From the NCBI GenBank assembly GCA_001823065.1, contig MHTJ01000003.1, positions 106,869 to 170,868 of the forward strand: 64,000 nucleotides of DNA. Direction: 5' to 3'. Shown in pieces: positions 1-9,800 of the stretch. How positions within the stretch are numbered: the stretch's first letter is position 1; each line of letters begins with the position of its first letter. The DNA is from Candidatus Vogelbacteria bacterium RIFOXYD1_FULL_44_32 (GTDB lineage Bacteria > Patescibacteriota > Minisyncoccia > Phycocordibacterales > XYD1-FULL-46-19). The notes beneath the pieces are model-generated. The model was not told where the DNA came from. It saw only the letters and a program-made list of their open reading frames with translations, and did not search any database. The translations under genes and the position numbers were made by a program.

Positions 1-2
1 AT

Positions 3-587
3 ATCGGATCCGATAAGCGGATTACCGATGATGAGAAAAATTCACTTGAGAAATTACTCAATCACTTCAATCTCTCAAAGAGCGACATTGCGTTCAATCA
101 GGACAACTTTAATAAGTTCTACACGCTCGCGCTCGTGGACAAGGGCGTATTACCGACAATCGAGAACGGGCAGTCCGAGGTCAATATCGTATTCAAGGAG
201 GGCGAGGCACTACACTGGGCAGTTGCCGCAAGCCTTATGAAGCGAAAGAAAGTAACAACTCGTGTGAACTACGGAGGTCTGACTGGATCGGTAAAGATCA
301 TGAAAGGGGTGCGCTACCGTGTAGGTTCGATTGGTGTAAGCAGTGTATCCAAGGAAATCATGGATACCGAAGACTCCGGCGCATTCTACATCACCAACCA
401 GCGCATCGGCTATATCGGCTACCGCAAGCAATTCTCGTTTCCATTCAAGAAGATTGGGTCGCTCGAACTGCGTTCTGACGGCCTCCACATATTCAAGGAC
501 GGCAAGGAAGCGCCATATATCCTTGATTTACGAGACTATGAGGTTCCTCTCGCAATGATCTCTTCCATACTTAACAAAGCAACTTAG
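3..587 (+). CDS. hypothetical protein, 5'-truncated by window edge
   Basis: Frame of ORF 135..587 is open back to position 3. Confidence 0.7.
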   Translation: MGSDKRITDDEKNSLEKLLNHFNLSKSDIAFNQDNFNKFYTLALVDKGVLPTIENGQSEVNIVFKEGEALHWAVAASLMKRKKVTTRVNYGGLTGSVKIMKGVRYRVGSIGVSSVSKEIMDTEDSGAFYITNQRIGYIGYRKQFSFPFKKIGSLELRSDGLHIFKDGKEAPYILDLRDYEVPLAMISSILNKAT

Positions 588-589
588 CC

Positions 590-2077
590 CTATCGCATCA
601 CCTTTTTAAACTCCTCTGTGTACTTTTCGATAATGTCGGCTTTTTCACCGTTCTCTTCAAGAATATAACGGAATCTCCCATCGGTGATATGGATGCCGTA
701 CCTGAAATCTTCGTCGCTATTCGTGTACACATGCTCGGTAGCCATGTCGGTGAGCTTGCCGAGTTCGTGATTGAGGATATTTATTTCGTCCTCGTATGAC
801 TCGACGAGCTTGTCGTACTCTTCGGTGAAGTTGGCATCAAACACATCCGATGCTTTTTTGCCGAGTGCTCTGAACTGGCAGAGGGTAGTGTAGTTTTCTA
901 CAGGTTTAGCGTACTTTTCTATGAAGAGCGCAAAATTCGAGAACGGCAGGATCATCTCTACCTGCTTTTTGTATTGCCGCACAAATTCAAGATTCTCCGT
1001 GCACATATACAAACTCTCGCCGGTGAGTATCTCTATGACCTTTGTCTCACCGAGGACAGTCATCTCCATATCCTGCCGCTTCAACTTACGCGCACTGAAG
1101 AGTCCTGCAAAATACTTTCGGGACTTTTCTAGTTCCGCATACCAAATGGCGAATAATTCCTTATGGCTTTTCTTGGTATCGCTGTTCCAGGTGTCGTGCC
1201 GATCGCTGTCAAAGATGGGAGCAAAGTCTCTTGTGAACAGTCCGTCGTCAAGCCATGAGCGCAGCGAATTGCGTGCAAGCGACACCATCGTTACGTCCTT
1301 TTCTTTTGCGTACGCTTCGATATCATCGAGTAGTTTTTCCTCATCCTTGTCCTTCCACACAATGCCCGCATCGTGAGCAACCCTGTGCATCACCTCCGCA
1401 AGTGGGAGTTCTGCATAGAAATCGCCGACCATGAAGCCGTCTCGTTCGGTGCCGCCGCGAATCTTCTTAATGCCTTCAAAGTAAAGGCGTGAGATGATGG
1501 TGTCTACGAGCGTATCCTTGTTCTTCGTACTGAACGTTCCGCTCCTAAGCATTTCGTAGAGGAGTACTTGCTCTTCAAGGTATCGCTTGCTGTGTCCAAC
1601 GGAGTCATCAAGGAGAGCAAGATCTTCTCGCACCTCGAGTGGCAGGTTCTCAAGGGTGAAGGTATGGAGGACGTAGTGGTATTCGAGATAGGTATGGGCG
1701 GTGGCGAAGCGGATACCTTCTTCCTCGGTAATACCCTGCATCATTTCATCGTTATGTATCCCTTTCATGCGCTTCATATCCGCAAGACAATATGCGAGCA
1801 CTCGCTGGTTGCGGACGGCTGACAGCTCCACGCGGTACGAGAACATTGTTGCATCCATCCGCATCGAACCCTCCAGACGAGCAATCTCAAGATAGCGGTT
1901 GTATTCGTTTGCTTCTCCCATCCGTGCCGCCCAGCCTTGAGTGAGAGTATGGAGTTCCGCATCCGAGAGCATGCTCTTGCCAGTTTTCTGTTTATGCTCG
2001 GTGTTGTGTACGAGTGCGGTCATCCGTTCAAGTGGGGTGAGGTTCGACCTCTTAATGATCTTGTTCAGATTTTTCAT
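590..2077 (-). CDS. hypothetical protein (495 aa)
   Basis: Long ORF in a tight minus-strand operon; no motif recognised. Confidence 0.8.
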   Translation of the reverse strand: MKNLNKIIKRSNLTPLERMTALVHNTEHKQKTGKSMLSDAELHTLTQGWAARMGEANEYNRYLEIARLEGSMRMDATMFSYRVELSAVRNQRVLAYCLADMKRMKGIHNDEMMQGITEEEGIRFATAHTYLEYHYVLHTFTLENLPLEVREDLALLDDSVGHSKRYLEEQVLLYEMLRSGTFSTKNKDTLVDTIISRLYFEGIKKIRGGTERDGFMVGDFYAELPLAEVMHRVAHDAGIVWKDKDEEKLLDDIEAYAKEKDVTMVSLARNSLRSWLDDGLFTRDFAPIFDSDRHDTWNSDTKKSHKELFAIWYAELEKSRKYFAGLFSARKLKRQDMEMTVLGETKVIEILTGESLYMCTENLEFVRQYKKQVEMILPFSNFALFIEKYAKPVENYTTLCQFRALGKKASDVFDANFTEEYDKLVESYEDEINILNHELGKLTDMATEHVYTNSDEDFRYGIHITDGRFRYILEENGEKADIIEKYTEEFKKVMR

Positions 2078-2078
2078 A

Positions 2079-2273
2079 TCATCGTGTTTTGCTCAGCATG
2101 CTCTCAAGGAACTCGACCCGTTCCTTAAGCTCCGTGTTGGCGATATTCCGCGACAACGTCGAAGCAAGCTTGGCGATCATAGATGCCTGCTTGTGCGATA
2201 TCTCTCTGTTCACCACCTTGCGGAGGGTGTCCGAGAGAATGTTGTTTATTTCTTCTAGATTGATGGGTTCCAT
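2079..2273 (-). CDS. small hypothetical protein
   Basis: 64-aa ORF separated by 1 nt from both neighbours. Confidence 0.7.
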   Translation of the reverse strand: MEPINLEEINNILSDTLRKVVNREISHKQASMIAKLASTLSRNIANTELKERVEFLESMLSKTR

Positions 2274-2274
2274 A

Positions 2275-2649
2275 TTAGTTATGCTCTACGATCTCAAACC
2301 ATGCTCTGACCTCATGCGCTCGACCGCTCTTGATGATGTTCTTGTAGAGGGCGAAGATGACGTTCGGTGTGAGCTTCCGCGCCCATGCGTTCAGATCATT
2401 GGTTAGTCCGTCTTTCTCAAGTCGTTTGTTCCAATCGGTAAGCGTGCCGGTATCGACATCGTACTTATTTGAGAAATCTAATTGCGTCTTTATGGAGAGC
2501 AACTCAAACATCGTTTCCTCCTCGATGCCGAATTTTTCAAGCGCAACTCTCGGCTGTCCCTTGAGGAACGAAGGAAGAGACTTCCAAAGAGCATAGGTTC
2601 CGTAGACCTGCTTTTTGTATGGATCCTTGGAAAAATCTTCTCCCTGCAT
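2275..2649 (-). CDS. HTH protein, possibly phage terminase small-subunit-like
   Basis: HTH-like segment TQLDFSNKYDVDTGTLTDWNK; follows ParB/methylase genes as in phage packaging regions. Confidence 0.5.
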   Translation of the reverse strand: MQGEDFSKDPYKKQVYGTYALWKSLPSFLKGQPRVALEKFGIEEETMFELLSIKTQLDFSNKYDVDTGTLTDWNKRLEKDGLTNDLNAWARKLTPNVIFALYKNIIKSGRAHEVRAWFEIVEHN

Positions 2650-2653
2650 ATGC

Positions 2654-3403
2654 TTATATTTTCACCGCTGTTGTGCCAGTGAGTTTTTCAAGTCGCTTGA
2701 TTGAGATTTCCACATACGTCTCATCAAGTTCAATACCGATACACTTTCGACCCAAGTGTTCACAGGCGACAGCCGTCGAACCGCTTCCGAGGAAGGGATC
2801 ATACACAACGTCACCGACCTTCGTTGAGTTCGGAATAATCTTTCGCAGAAGACCGACTGGCTTCTGTGTCGGGTGCAATTTCGACTTCGTAGGACGCGGA
2901 TGGCAGATGACGTTCCGCGCCTTCGACCGTTCCATCTTGTGCTTGCCGAACCAGCCGTAGGCGATCAGCTCATAAAGCGAGAGATAATCCTTCCTACTCA
3001 TAACAGGCTGATTCTTGAACCATATGATCATTTGGCTGTAGTAGAAGCCTGCGGACTTCATGCCCGCGCGAAGACTCGGGAACATCGGGTCGGCATTGAA
3101 GATGTAGACCGCATTGTATTCGGCGAGATACGGAATGACCGCCCCGAGGTAGCCACGGGTGAAGTCCTCGTATTTCTCCTCGCTCTGGAGGTGGTCATTG
3201 GTGATTGCCTTATCTTCGTCTGCACTCAGTTTCAGGAAGCCTTTCTTGTTTTCGACATACGCAACTCCATAGGGCGGGTCAGTGACGACCGCGCGAATCT
3301 TGTGCTTGCCGATAACCTTCCCGACATACGCCCTGTCGAGCGAGTCGCCGCAGGCGATGATATGGTCGCCAACCTTAAAAATATCTCCTTTATTTACTTT
3401 CAT
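2654..3403 (-). CDS. DNA methyltransferase (N6A/N4C, beta class)
   Basis: DPPY, HPTQKP and DPFLGSGST motifs; probable start MKVNKGD at 3403. Confidence 0.9.
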   Translation of the reverse strand: MKVNKGDIFKVGDHIIACGDSLDRAYVGKVIGKHKIRAVVTDPPYGVAYVENKKGFLKLSADEDKAITNDHLQSEEKYEDFTRGYLGAVIPYLAEYNAVYIFNADPMFPSLRAGMKSAGFYYSQMIIWFKNQPVMSRKDYLSLYELIAYGWFGKHKMERSKARNVICHPRPTKSKLHPTQKPVGLLRKIIPNSTKVGDVVYDPFLGSGSTAVACEHLGRKCIGIELDETYVEISIKRLEKLTGTTAVKI

Positions 3404-4685
3404 ATATTCTCTTCGCCTTAAGGTTGGTAAATTTCTCCCATCGGTCGATAACGATGGTCGCGAAGATGAGGTCCCTCTCGACACCTCGCCATGCACGATT
3501 AAGTTCCTCGCACGCAATCAGGTCGCTCCCGCTTCCTGCGAATCCACTGAACACAATGTGGAGAGGTGCACTGCATCTCTTGAACGGTTTCTCGTTTAAG
3601 GTCACAGGCTTTTGAGTGGGATGCTGGTATGACTGCGCGTTGTCCCTTTTCTCGATCCAAATATCTATCATGTCGAGTATCTCGTCATGCACTTGATTGC
3701 CGGTGGTCACCTCCTGATTAAGGATTTCGTTGATGTTGTTCATCCCCGTATTGAGGTACGGCTTTCCGATCGTTCCGTACACGCACGGCTCGTACACCTT
3801 GTTGAAGGCGATCTTGTGCGTGGGGTTCTGGTTGTTCTTAAGCCACAGACAGACACGCTTCGCGTTCACTTTGTGCTTTGCGTACAATGCCTGCACCATT
3901 CCGATGTATGAGGAATCACACCAGTAGAAGAGGTGAGCGTCTTTTTTAGCGGCACCTTTCGCCACCTCCATGCTCTTGTCCAAGAAGTCCATGTAGTCGC
4001 TGTCCTTCTTGGAGTCGTCCTTGCCAGAATATGAGCCTTGGTACTTTTCCTTGTTGCCAACACCTTTGGAATAGTCGAGTCCGATGTTGTATGGAGGGTC
4101 GCAGTACACGATGTCCGCAAGGTCGCCAGCCATGAGCTTCTGTACCAGCTCGGTATCGGTCGAGTCGCCAACAAGGAGACGGTGCTTACCGAGTTCCCAG
4201 ATCTCTCCCGACTTTACTTTCGGAGTGATTGTCTCCTTGAGTGCCTTCTCGACATTGAAGTCGTCATCAACTACATCGACATCATCGAATAGGCTCTGAA
4301 GTTCCTCGTCACCGAAGCCGACATCAAGAAGCACGCTCATATCGAACTCCTTGAGAAGCTCCTCGTTCCAAGAGCCGGTGTTCTTGTTGAGGCGAAGATT
4401 GAGTTCTCGCTCTTCTTCGAGTGAAAGCTCACGCGAAGGTACCATGCATTCGACATCCTCGATGCTTAAATCTGCGTATACCTTGATACGCTGTTCGCCG
4501 CCGATAATGATGTTGGCTCTGGAGCCAATGTTGAGGACAATAGGAACGACCGTCCCAAATTCCGTCACAGATTTCTCCAAGTCCCTGCGTTCGTTCTCGC
4601 TTAGCTTGCGCGGATTGTATCCGTTCTTGATCAAGTCGCCGAGCTTGCGAGTGGTGGGCGACCATGTGATCTTTTCTTTTGCCAT
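3390..4685 (-). CDS. ParB-like N-terminal domain + DNA methyltransferase
   Basis: N-terminal YNPRKL...GGEQR ParB-like segment; DPPY, HPTQKP and FAGSGS motifs. Confidence 0.9.
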   Translation of the reverse strand: MAKEKITWSPTTRKLGDLIKNGYNPRKLSENERRDLEKSVTEFGTVVPIVLNIGSRANIIIGGEQRIKVYADLSIEDVECMVPSRELSLEEERELNLRLNKNTGSWNEELLKEFDMSVLLDVGFGDEELQSLFDDVDVVDDDFNVEKALKETITPKVKSGEIWELGKHRLLVGDSTDTELVQKLMAGDLADIVYCDPPYNIGLDYSKGVGNKEKYQGSYSGKDDSKKDSDYMDFLDKSMEVAKGAAKKDAHLFYWCDSSYIGMVQALYAKHKVNAKRVCLWLKNNQNPTHKIAFNKVYEPCVYGTIGKPYLNTGMNNINEILNQEVTTGNQVHDEILDMIDIWIEKRDNAQSYQHPTQKPVTLNEKPFKRCSAPLHIVFSGFAGSGSDLIACEELNRAWRGVERDLIFATIVIDRWEKFTNLKAKRIYESK

Positions 4686-4860
4686 GGGTTAATTTCAGAA
4701 GAGGGTCTTATTAATGCTCTCCTAACCCTAATCGTCATTTAGGGATCAAATGACAATTTCGTGCCGACACAGGAAGATAAATGACAAAAATTTCCATCAA
4801 ACAAAAGACCTTTTGCCAAAGTGGCAAAAGGTCTTTACATCGTCATCCCAGACAGAATGA

Positions 4861-5613
4861 CTATCGATCTCCTCGAATGACAAAGAGTGTCATGTACCCA
4901 TCGCGACGAGTGTATCGAGGAATAGGGCTGGTCGTCATGCCGAAGAACCGCTTGAGTCTCCCATTGAGTTCGTATTTGATGTTGCGGTGCATGCGACCAT
5001 CCCAGTGTTCTTTGGTTAGATATCCTCGGTGATCCGCAATTGACTTAAGTAATTGCCATTTCCTGTCCGGCTGAACATTTCTAGTATCCATAAAGCCCAT
5101 GTCCTTGAAATCAAACTTCTTTGACTCCATGTCCGGGTACGAGACGCGGACGAAATGCCCATCAATGAACTGTATTTCGAGCGACTCCCATTTTGCGTTG
5201 CCAGGAAGAATATATGAGGCGGTTATATATTCACGCTCCTGTTCCTGTTTTGCTGGTGCGATAGCAAGAACTTCTGGGTTCACGATCCGTACTTCCTGAA
5301 CCGGTCGAGTGAACTCAGGCAAAGTGAATTCACCATCCTCGTCGTACATATATGATGGTATAAACGATCTCGAGGGAAGTTGTATTTTGCTGAGAGCTTC
5401 CATCTGCGGCCGTACAGATTCGGCTACTGAGTAGATACGCTTGATCGGTGCCTGCATAGATTCAGCCATCTCGGACACTCTCTTCATTGGCTCTCGCATA
5501 GTATCGAAGACTCTTTGATATACCTCAGCAATCTTTTTCAACTCAGGCGGAATCTCCTCAGGGTTGTACCCATCCTTGATTGCTGTTTGATATACCAATT
5601 CGCCGACTGTCAT
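4861..5613 (-). CDS. hypothetical protein, possible C-terminal winged helix
   Basis: 250-aa ORF; C-terminus KYELNGRLKRFFG...Y resembles an OmpR-type wing. Confidence 0.65.
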   Translation of the reverse strand: MTVGELVYQTAIKDGYNPEEIPPELKKIAEVYQRVFDTMREPMKRVSEMAESMQAPIKRIYSVAESVRPQMEALSKIQLPSRSFIPSYMYDEDGEFTLPEFTRPVQEVRIVNPEVLAIAPAKQEQEREYITASYILPGNAKWESLEIQFIDGHFVRVSYPDMESKKFDFKDMGFMDTRNVQPDRKWQLLKSIADHRGYLTKEHWDGRMHRNIKYELNGRLKRFFGMTTSPIPRYTRRDGYMTLFVIRGDR

Positions 5614-5890
5614 GCTTTATATTATATCTCAAAAATTGGCATTTGTTGGCATTTGGTTTCCACAACAGAGAACGAAAGTGGCAGGAAGTCCAGACCAGCG
5701 ATAGGTAGACAGATGTTTTATGTCCAATTCGTCTCATTCTCAAAAAAGAGACCCCGACCCACAAACCCTAAAGTCTCAATGGAAAAGTTGCTCAAAAACC
5801 CTTACACTGCCTTATGTCACGGGTACCATACCCGAGTACACCGCAAAATAAGAAAACCAAAGCAGAGCTTTGGTCGACTATATTTTGCGA

Positions 5891-6017
5891 TGAGGCGGAG
5901 GGATTTGAAAGCCGCAGGCGCGAAGCCGACCGCAGTAGCGGTCGTTGCCGAGGCAGGGTCGTGAAAATTTTGTTTTGACGAAAACAAAATTATTCCTGAT
6001 CAAATCCCTCCGCCTCA
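5891..6017 (+). repeat. tRNA-3'-end-flanked structured motif, copy A
   Basis: 18-bp inverted repeat tgaggcggagggatttga / tcaaatccctccgcctca enclosing two hairpins; shares core with 27216-27340 and 34495-34590. Confidence 0.65.
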
Positions 6018-6058
6018 ATGATTTCTACCGTACTTAAACTAGTTATAAATTAAAAAAA

Positions 6059-6811
6059 ATGACCACCCAAAAATTTTCCTCTACTGGCAACTTTGGTAAA
6101 TTGGCTGATCAATATAAAGTCGGTCGTAAAGGGGTCCCCGAAGAAGTACTGGATTATCTATGGTCCCATATTAAAAAATCAAAGCCGATGATTCTGGATG
6201 TTGGTTGTGGGACTGGCTTACCCAGTCGACAGCTCGCTGGGCGTGGTGCACTGGTGACGGGAACAGATATTTCTCCGGAAATGATTAGAGCGGCGAAAGA
6301 GAACAGCCAGGAAAATATCTCTTATCTTGTAGCTTCCACTCAAGCTCTACCTTTTCCCGATGAATCATTTGATATTGTTACTTCTTTTAGTGCTTTTCAT
6401 TGGTTTACTGATACCAAGTCTACAAAGGAGATGAAGTGGGTACTAAAACCTGGTGGCCCGATTTTTATTGTAAATAAAAATGATATCGGAGATTTTAGTC
6501 AGGGCTATCGATCTATTTTCCGCCAATATATGACCGAGGATCTCCCTCGTATTAAAAATGGATATAGCCCTGATCAAATCCTCCAAGAAGCGGGTTTTGG
6601 TGATATAAAAAGGACAGTATTTCCGGTGTCTGAATTTTTTACCATAGAGCAAGTTATGGATTACTTTCAGTCGGTAAGTGGTTGGAACTTAGTTCCGCCA
6701 GAGTCTAAGAAAGAAGCCCTCGAGTTACTAAAGGAATATGCGCATGGAAGAGCGGAAAATGGAGTAGTAGAAAGAAAATTGGAGATTATAACTCAACTTG
6801 GATTCAGATAG
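6059..6811 (+). CDS. class I SAM-dependent methyltransferase
   Basis: ILDVGCGTG motif I; LPFPDESFDIV; AFHWF. Confidence 0.9.
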   Translation: MTTQKFSSTGNFGKLADQYKVGRKGVPEEVLDYLWSHIKKSKPMILDVGCGTGLPSRQLAGRGALVTGTDISPEMIRAAKENSQENISYLVASTQALPFPDESFDIVTSFSAFHWFTDTKSTKEMKWVLKPGGPIFIVNKNDIGDFSQGYRSIFRQYMTEDLPRIKNGYSPDQILQEAGFGDIKRTVFPVSEFFTIEQVMDYFQSVSGWNLVPPESKKEALELLKEYAHGRAENGVVERKLEIITQLGFR

Positions 6812-6889
6812 CTGGTCGAACCACCTCGCCCTATGGTGTATAATCTTTGAATGACTACTGATAATATTTGGGCAATTTTTTAATATATT

Positions 6890-9800
6890 ATGAGCTCCGA
6901 AAAGGTGAAGGTTGATTCAAATGCCGATGAGCATGAGCCCACCAAAGAGGGTGAACTTTTTCTTGAGACTGAAAACCAAGACAGGGACAAAATTGTCTTC
7001 AATCAAAAAAAGGACAGAGAGCAAGAAGAGCAAGAGGAGCGCTTGCAATATTTGGCCGATCAAGCCGAAGAAGATTTTCATCAGCTAAAACTCCAAGATA
7101 TAAAAGACAAGCTGTTAAAAAAAGAAGAACCACTACCTGATATTGTAAAAGTCCCCAATCTACAGTCAGTAAGGCAAGAACAAAAAACGGCCAAGAAAAG
7201 TTTTCAACAAAAAATCAAGGACAAAATGGTTGATACTGTGCTTGGCAAAGACTATCGCAAAGAGTCAGCCTGGATTTATTATCTGGAAAAGAATATTCCG
7301 GTTAAAAAGTATATTAGGGAATCTATTGCTGTCAGCGACGGTGGCGCGGAGGCGGTTATTGCTAAACATCAGGCAGAGGAATACGAAGTCACCGATGATT
7401 ACGTTATCCATATGGGTGAGGAGCCGACCCGCGAGATTTCCTTTGCCAAAGAGATGCCATATGTTATGGCTAAACCACAAAATGAGTTTGACCGGGGCGA
7501 CCAAGATAAATTGAGATCGTACTTACATCTGCGCCACGATCCAGTAGAAGTGACCGAATTGTTGAAGCTAGCGGGGCGAGAGGTTTTTGCAAACAATTTT
7601 GTAGAACATAATTACTATTTTGGCAAAACAATGCGGGAACTTATTGATACCCCACATATTGTGGAGGTACTCCAATGGCTTATTCAGGTGGGGGTTACGT
7701 TTGACTATATTTATGACAGCTATTTAGAAAAACTTTGTTCTTCACCGTATGTAGAAAAGCTGACACCACAGCTCGCGTCAGCCGTCAGGGCTACCGTAGG
7801 TGGGGAGACCAAACATCTTATGTATATGCTCCCGGACTGTCTTGACCGGAACATTTTTGAGGGTGAACATGCGGGCGAGGATTTTCAAATTATCCGTAAA
7901 TTTGGGTTTGAACTTTTTGACAAGTTAGACGAAGTCGGTTTGTTGGGGGAAGCCAGAAAATTGGTGGGACAAGGGATATTTAAGATTGAGAAATTATTTG
8001 ATGAATTTAAGAGTAAAAATTTTTCTGGTAATAATGACTCACAAGCTCGACTGGAAACCTTTGCGAACATTATTAATTCATCTGCGCTACAGTCTCTGGA
8101 AAAAGATGAAGGTGCGATGGCTATAGCTAAAAAACTTCACCGCTTGGTAGGGATACAAATTGAACCAACGGATCCCGATTTGGAAAAACTAAAAATATTG
8201 GAGACAGACCCTACGGCCATGGCGGTGGCCGGTGTTTTAAATAGACTATCTGGGGCAGACCACTTTTTTGGTGATCTTGATGATTTTGTCAAAATTATGG
8301 GTGATAAAAGAGCGGTTGAGTCTTTGTGCGACGAAAAGGCTATTGATTTTGTAAGCAGGTTTATTAAGCAGTACCACTATCGCTTGGGACTGTCCGACTT
8401 TACCCCTCCTTATAGTATTTTCGATATTCCAAATCAGTTAGACCAAGAAAAATTACTGGCGGCCGACACAGTGGCTTTATATGAGAAACTTCATACTTTG
8501 GGCTACAACCTAAATTTGTGCAAGTTGGATGTTTTTATGGGTATGGTAGAAAACAAAGATCAGTGGCAAGAAATTCTGGCCGATGATATTTATACTGAGC
8601 TATTGCGCTCGATTCTAAAAAAATCCAGTCTTGAGGACATCAAGGACGTTCTTCTGATAGAGCAGGTGGAGGCCAAGCTCTTGAACCAATTATCTACCGC
8701 CTTTGATTATTCAATAAACGAAGATTATGCCAAGTCGGACCGCTCCTATGTGACCGCTCTTCTTTCTCACCCAGAACAGATAGAGGCTTTGTTTGAGCCA
8801 CAGCGAATCGCCCTGATCAAGCACTTAAACAGACGGACGAGGGGTTTTGGTTATTATGTGGGCGGTTTCCACTTGAGGGAGCTTAATAGCTATATGAAAA
8901 TTCCGCTTGAAACTTTACGGATTTTTGAGCTTTTCGATAAGACAGACGGAAATACGGTTGGTTCTAGTGAAATTGACCTAATAAAACAGCTAGTTGGTTA
9001 TAAAAACGAAGAAATATTAAAGGCGGTTTCAATATTGGAAAATTTATTACTAGTAGAAAAAAGTAACGGACCGTCATCTGGGTCAGAAAAATTTAAATTT
9101 CGACTTGAATCAGATAGTCTGCGAACCGTGCTTGAAGTATTGCAAAATGGTTTTACCGTTACTGATTTGCAAAAATTACAAGATTTCTGGCTCAAGAAAT
9201 ATGGCGACAGTTACGGGCGGCATTATACGCTGGAAGACAAGCAAGTAAAAGCCAGTAGGGATATTTTGCAATATTTACCACAATTGGTGGCCTTTGAAAA
9301 AGATGAAGCTAATCTGGAGGCTATTTATCAAGAAATTTCCGAGTATCTTGGCTCATTTCGAGGGGATCTTGACCTTTTTACGGTAGATAAGATAGTCAAA
9401 ATCCGTGACATCGGACTACTGGAGGTGTTTCGAAAAATAAAAGATGACCAACGGGTTGTTCAATTTGTTTACGCTAATGTAGATAAGTACTCAGAGATCC
9501 CCCCAGAAAAGATTGAAGACTATATTTCGGTTATCATCAAAATTAACCAGTCACCGTCTCAAGAAATTCAACGATTGAAAAATAGTTTGATGGGAGAAAT
9601 TATGGCGACCAGTGACCCAGTGGCGGCCTATGACAAAATTGAACAAGTTTTTGTCAAAAATAATCTTCCACTGGTCGGTAAGGTATATAAAATATTTGAG
9701 ATTATCCACCCGGCGGCGGTACTGGCTCAGCAAGTTAAAAAATGCCCCAGCCCAGAACTAAAAAAGAAGAGAGGCCGGGCGGTGCAGGCGACATTTCTTA

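Larger units (their letters stand above)
1..5890. mobile_element. right part of an integrated element (prophage remnant / satellite / ICE-like)
   Basis: Gene content (ParB-fused and stand-alone DNA methylases, terminase-small-like HTH, orphans) and codon style differ from the downstream backbone; ends next to a tRNA-3'-end-like inverted repeat at 5891-6017. No integrase in window. Confidence 0.5.

Noticed and set aside
3404-3517. Programmed frameshift or long overlap between the two methylases
   Set aside because: A downstream ATG at 3403 gives an ordinary 14-nt overlap.
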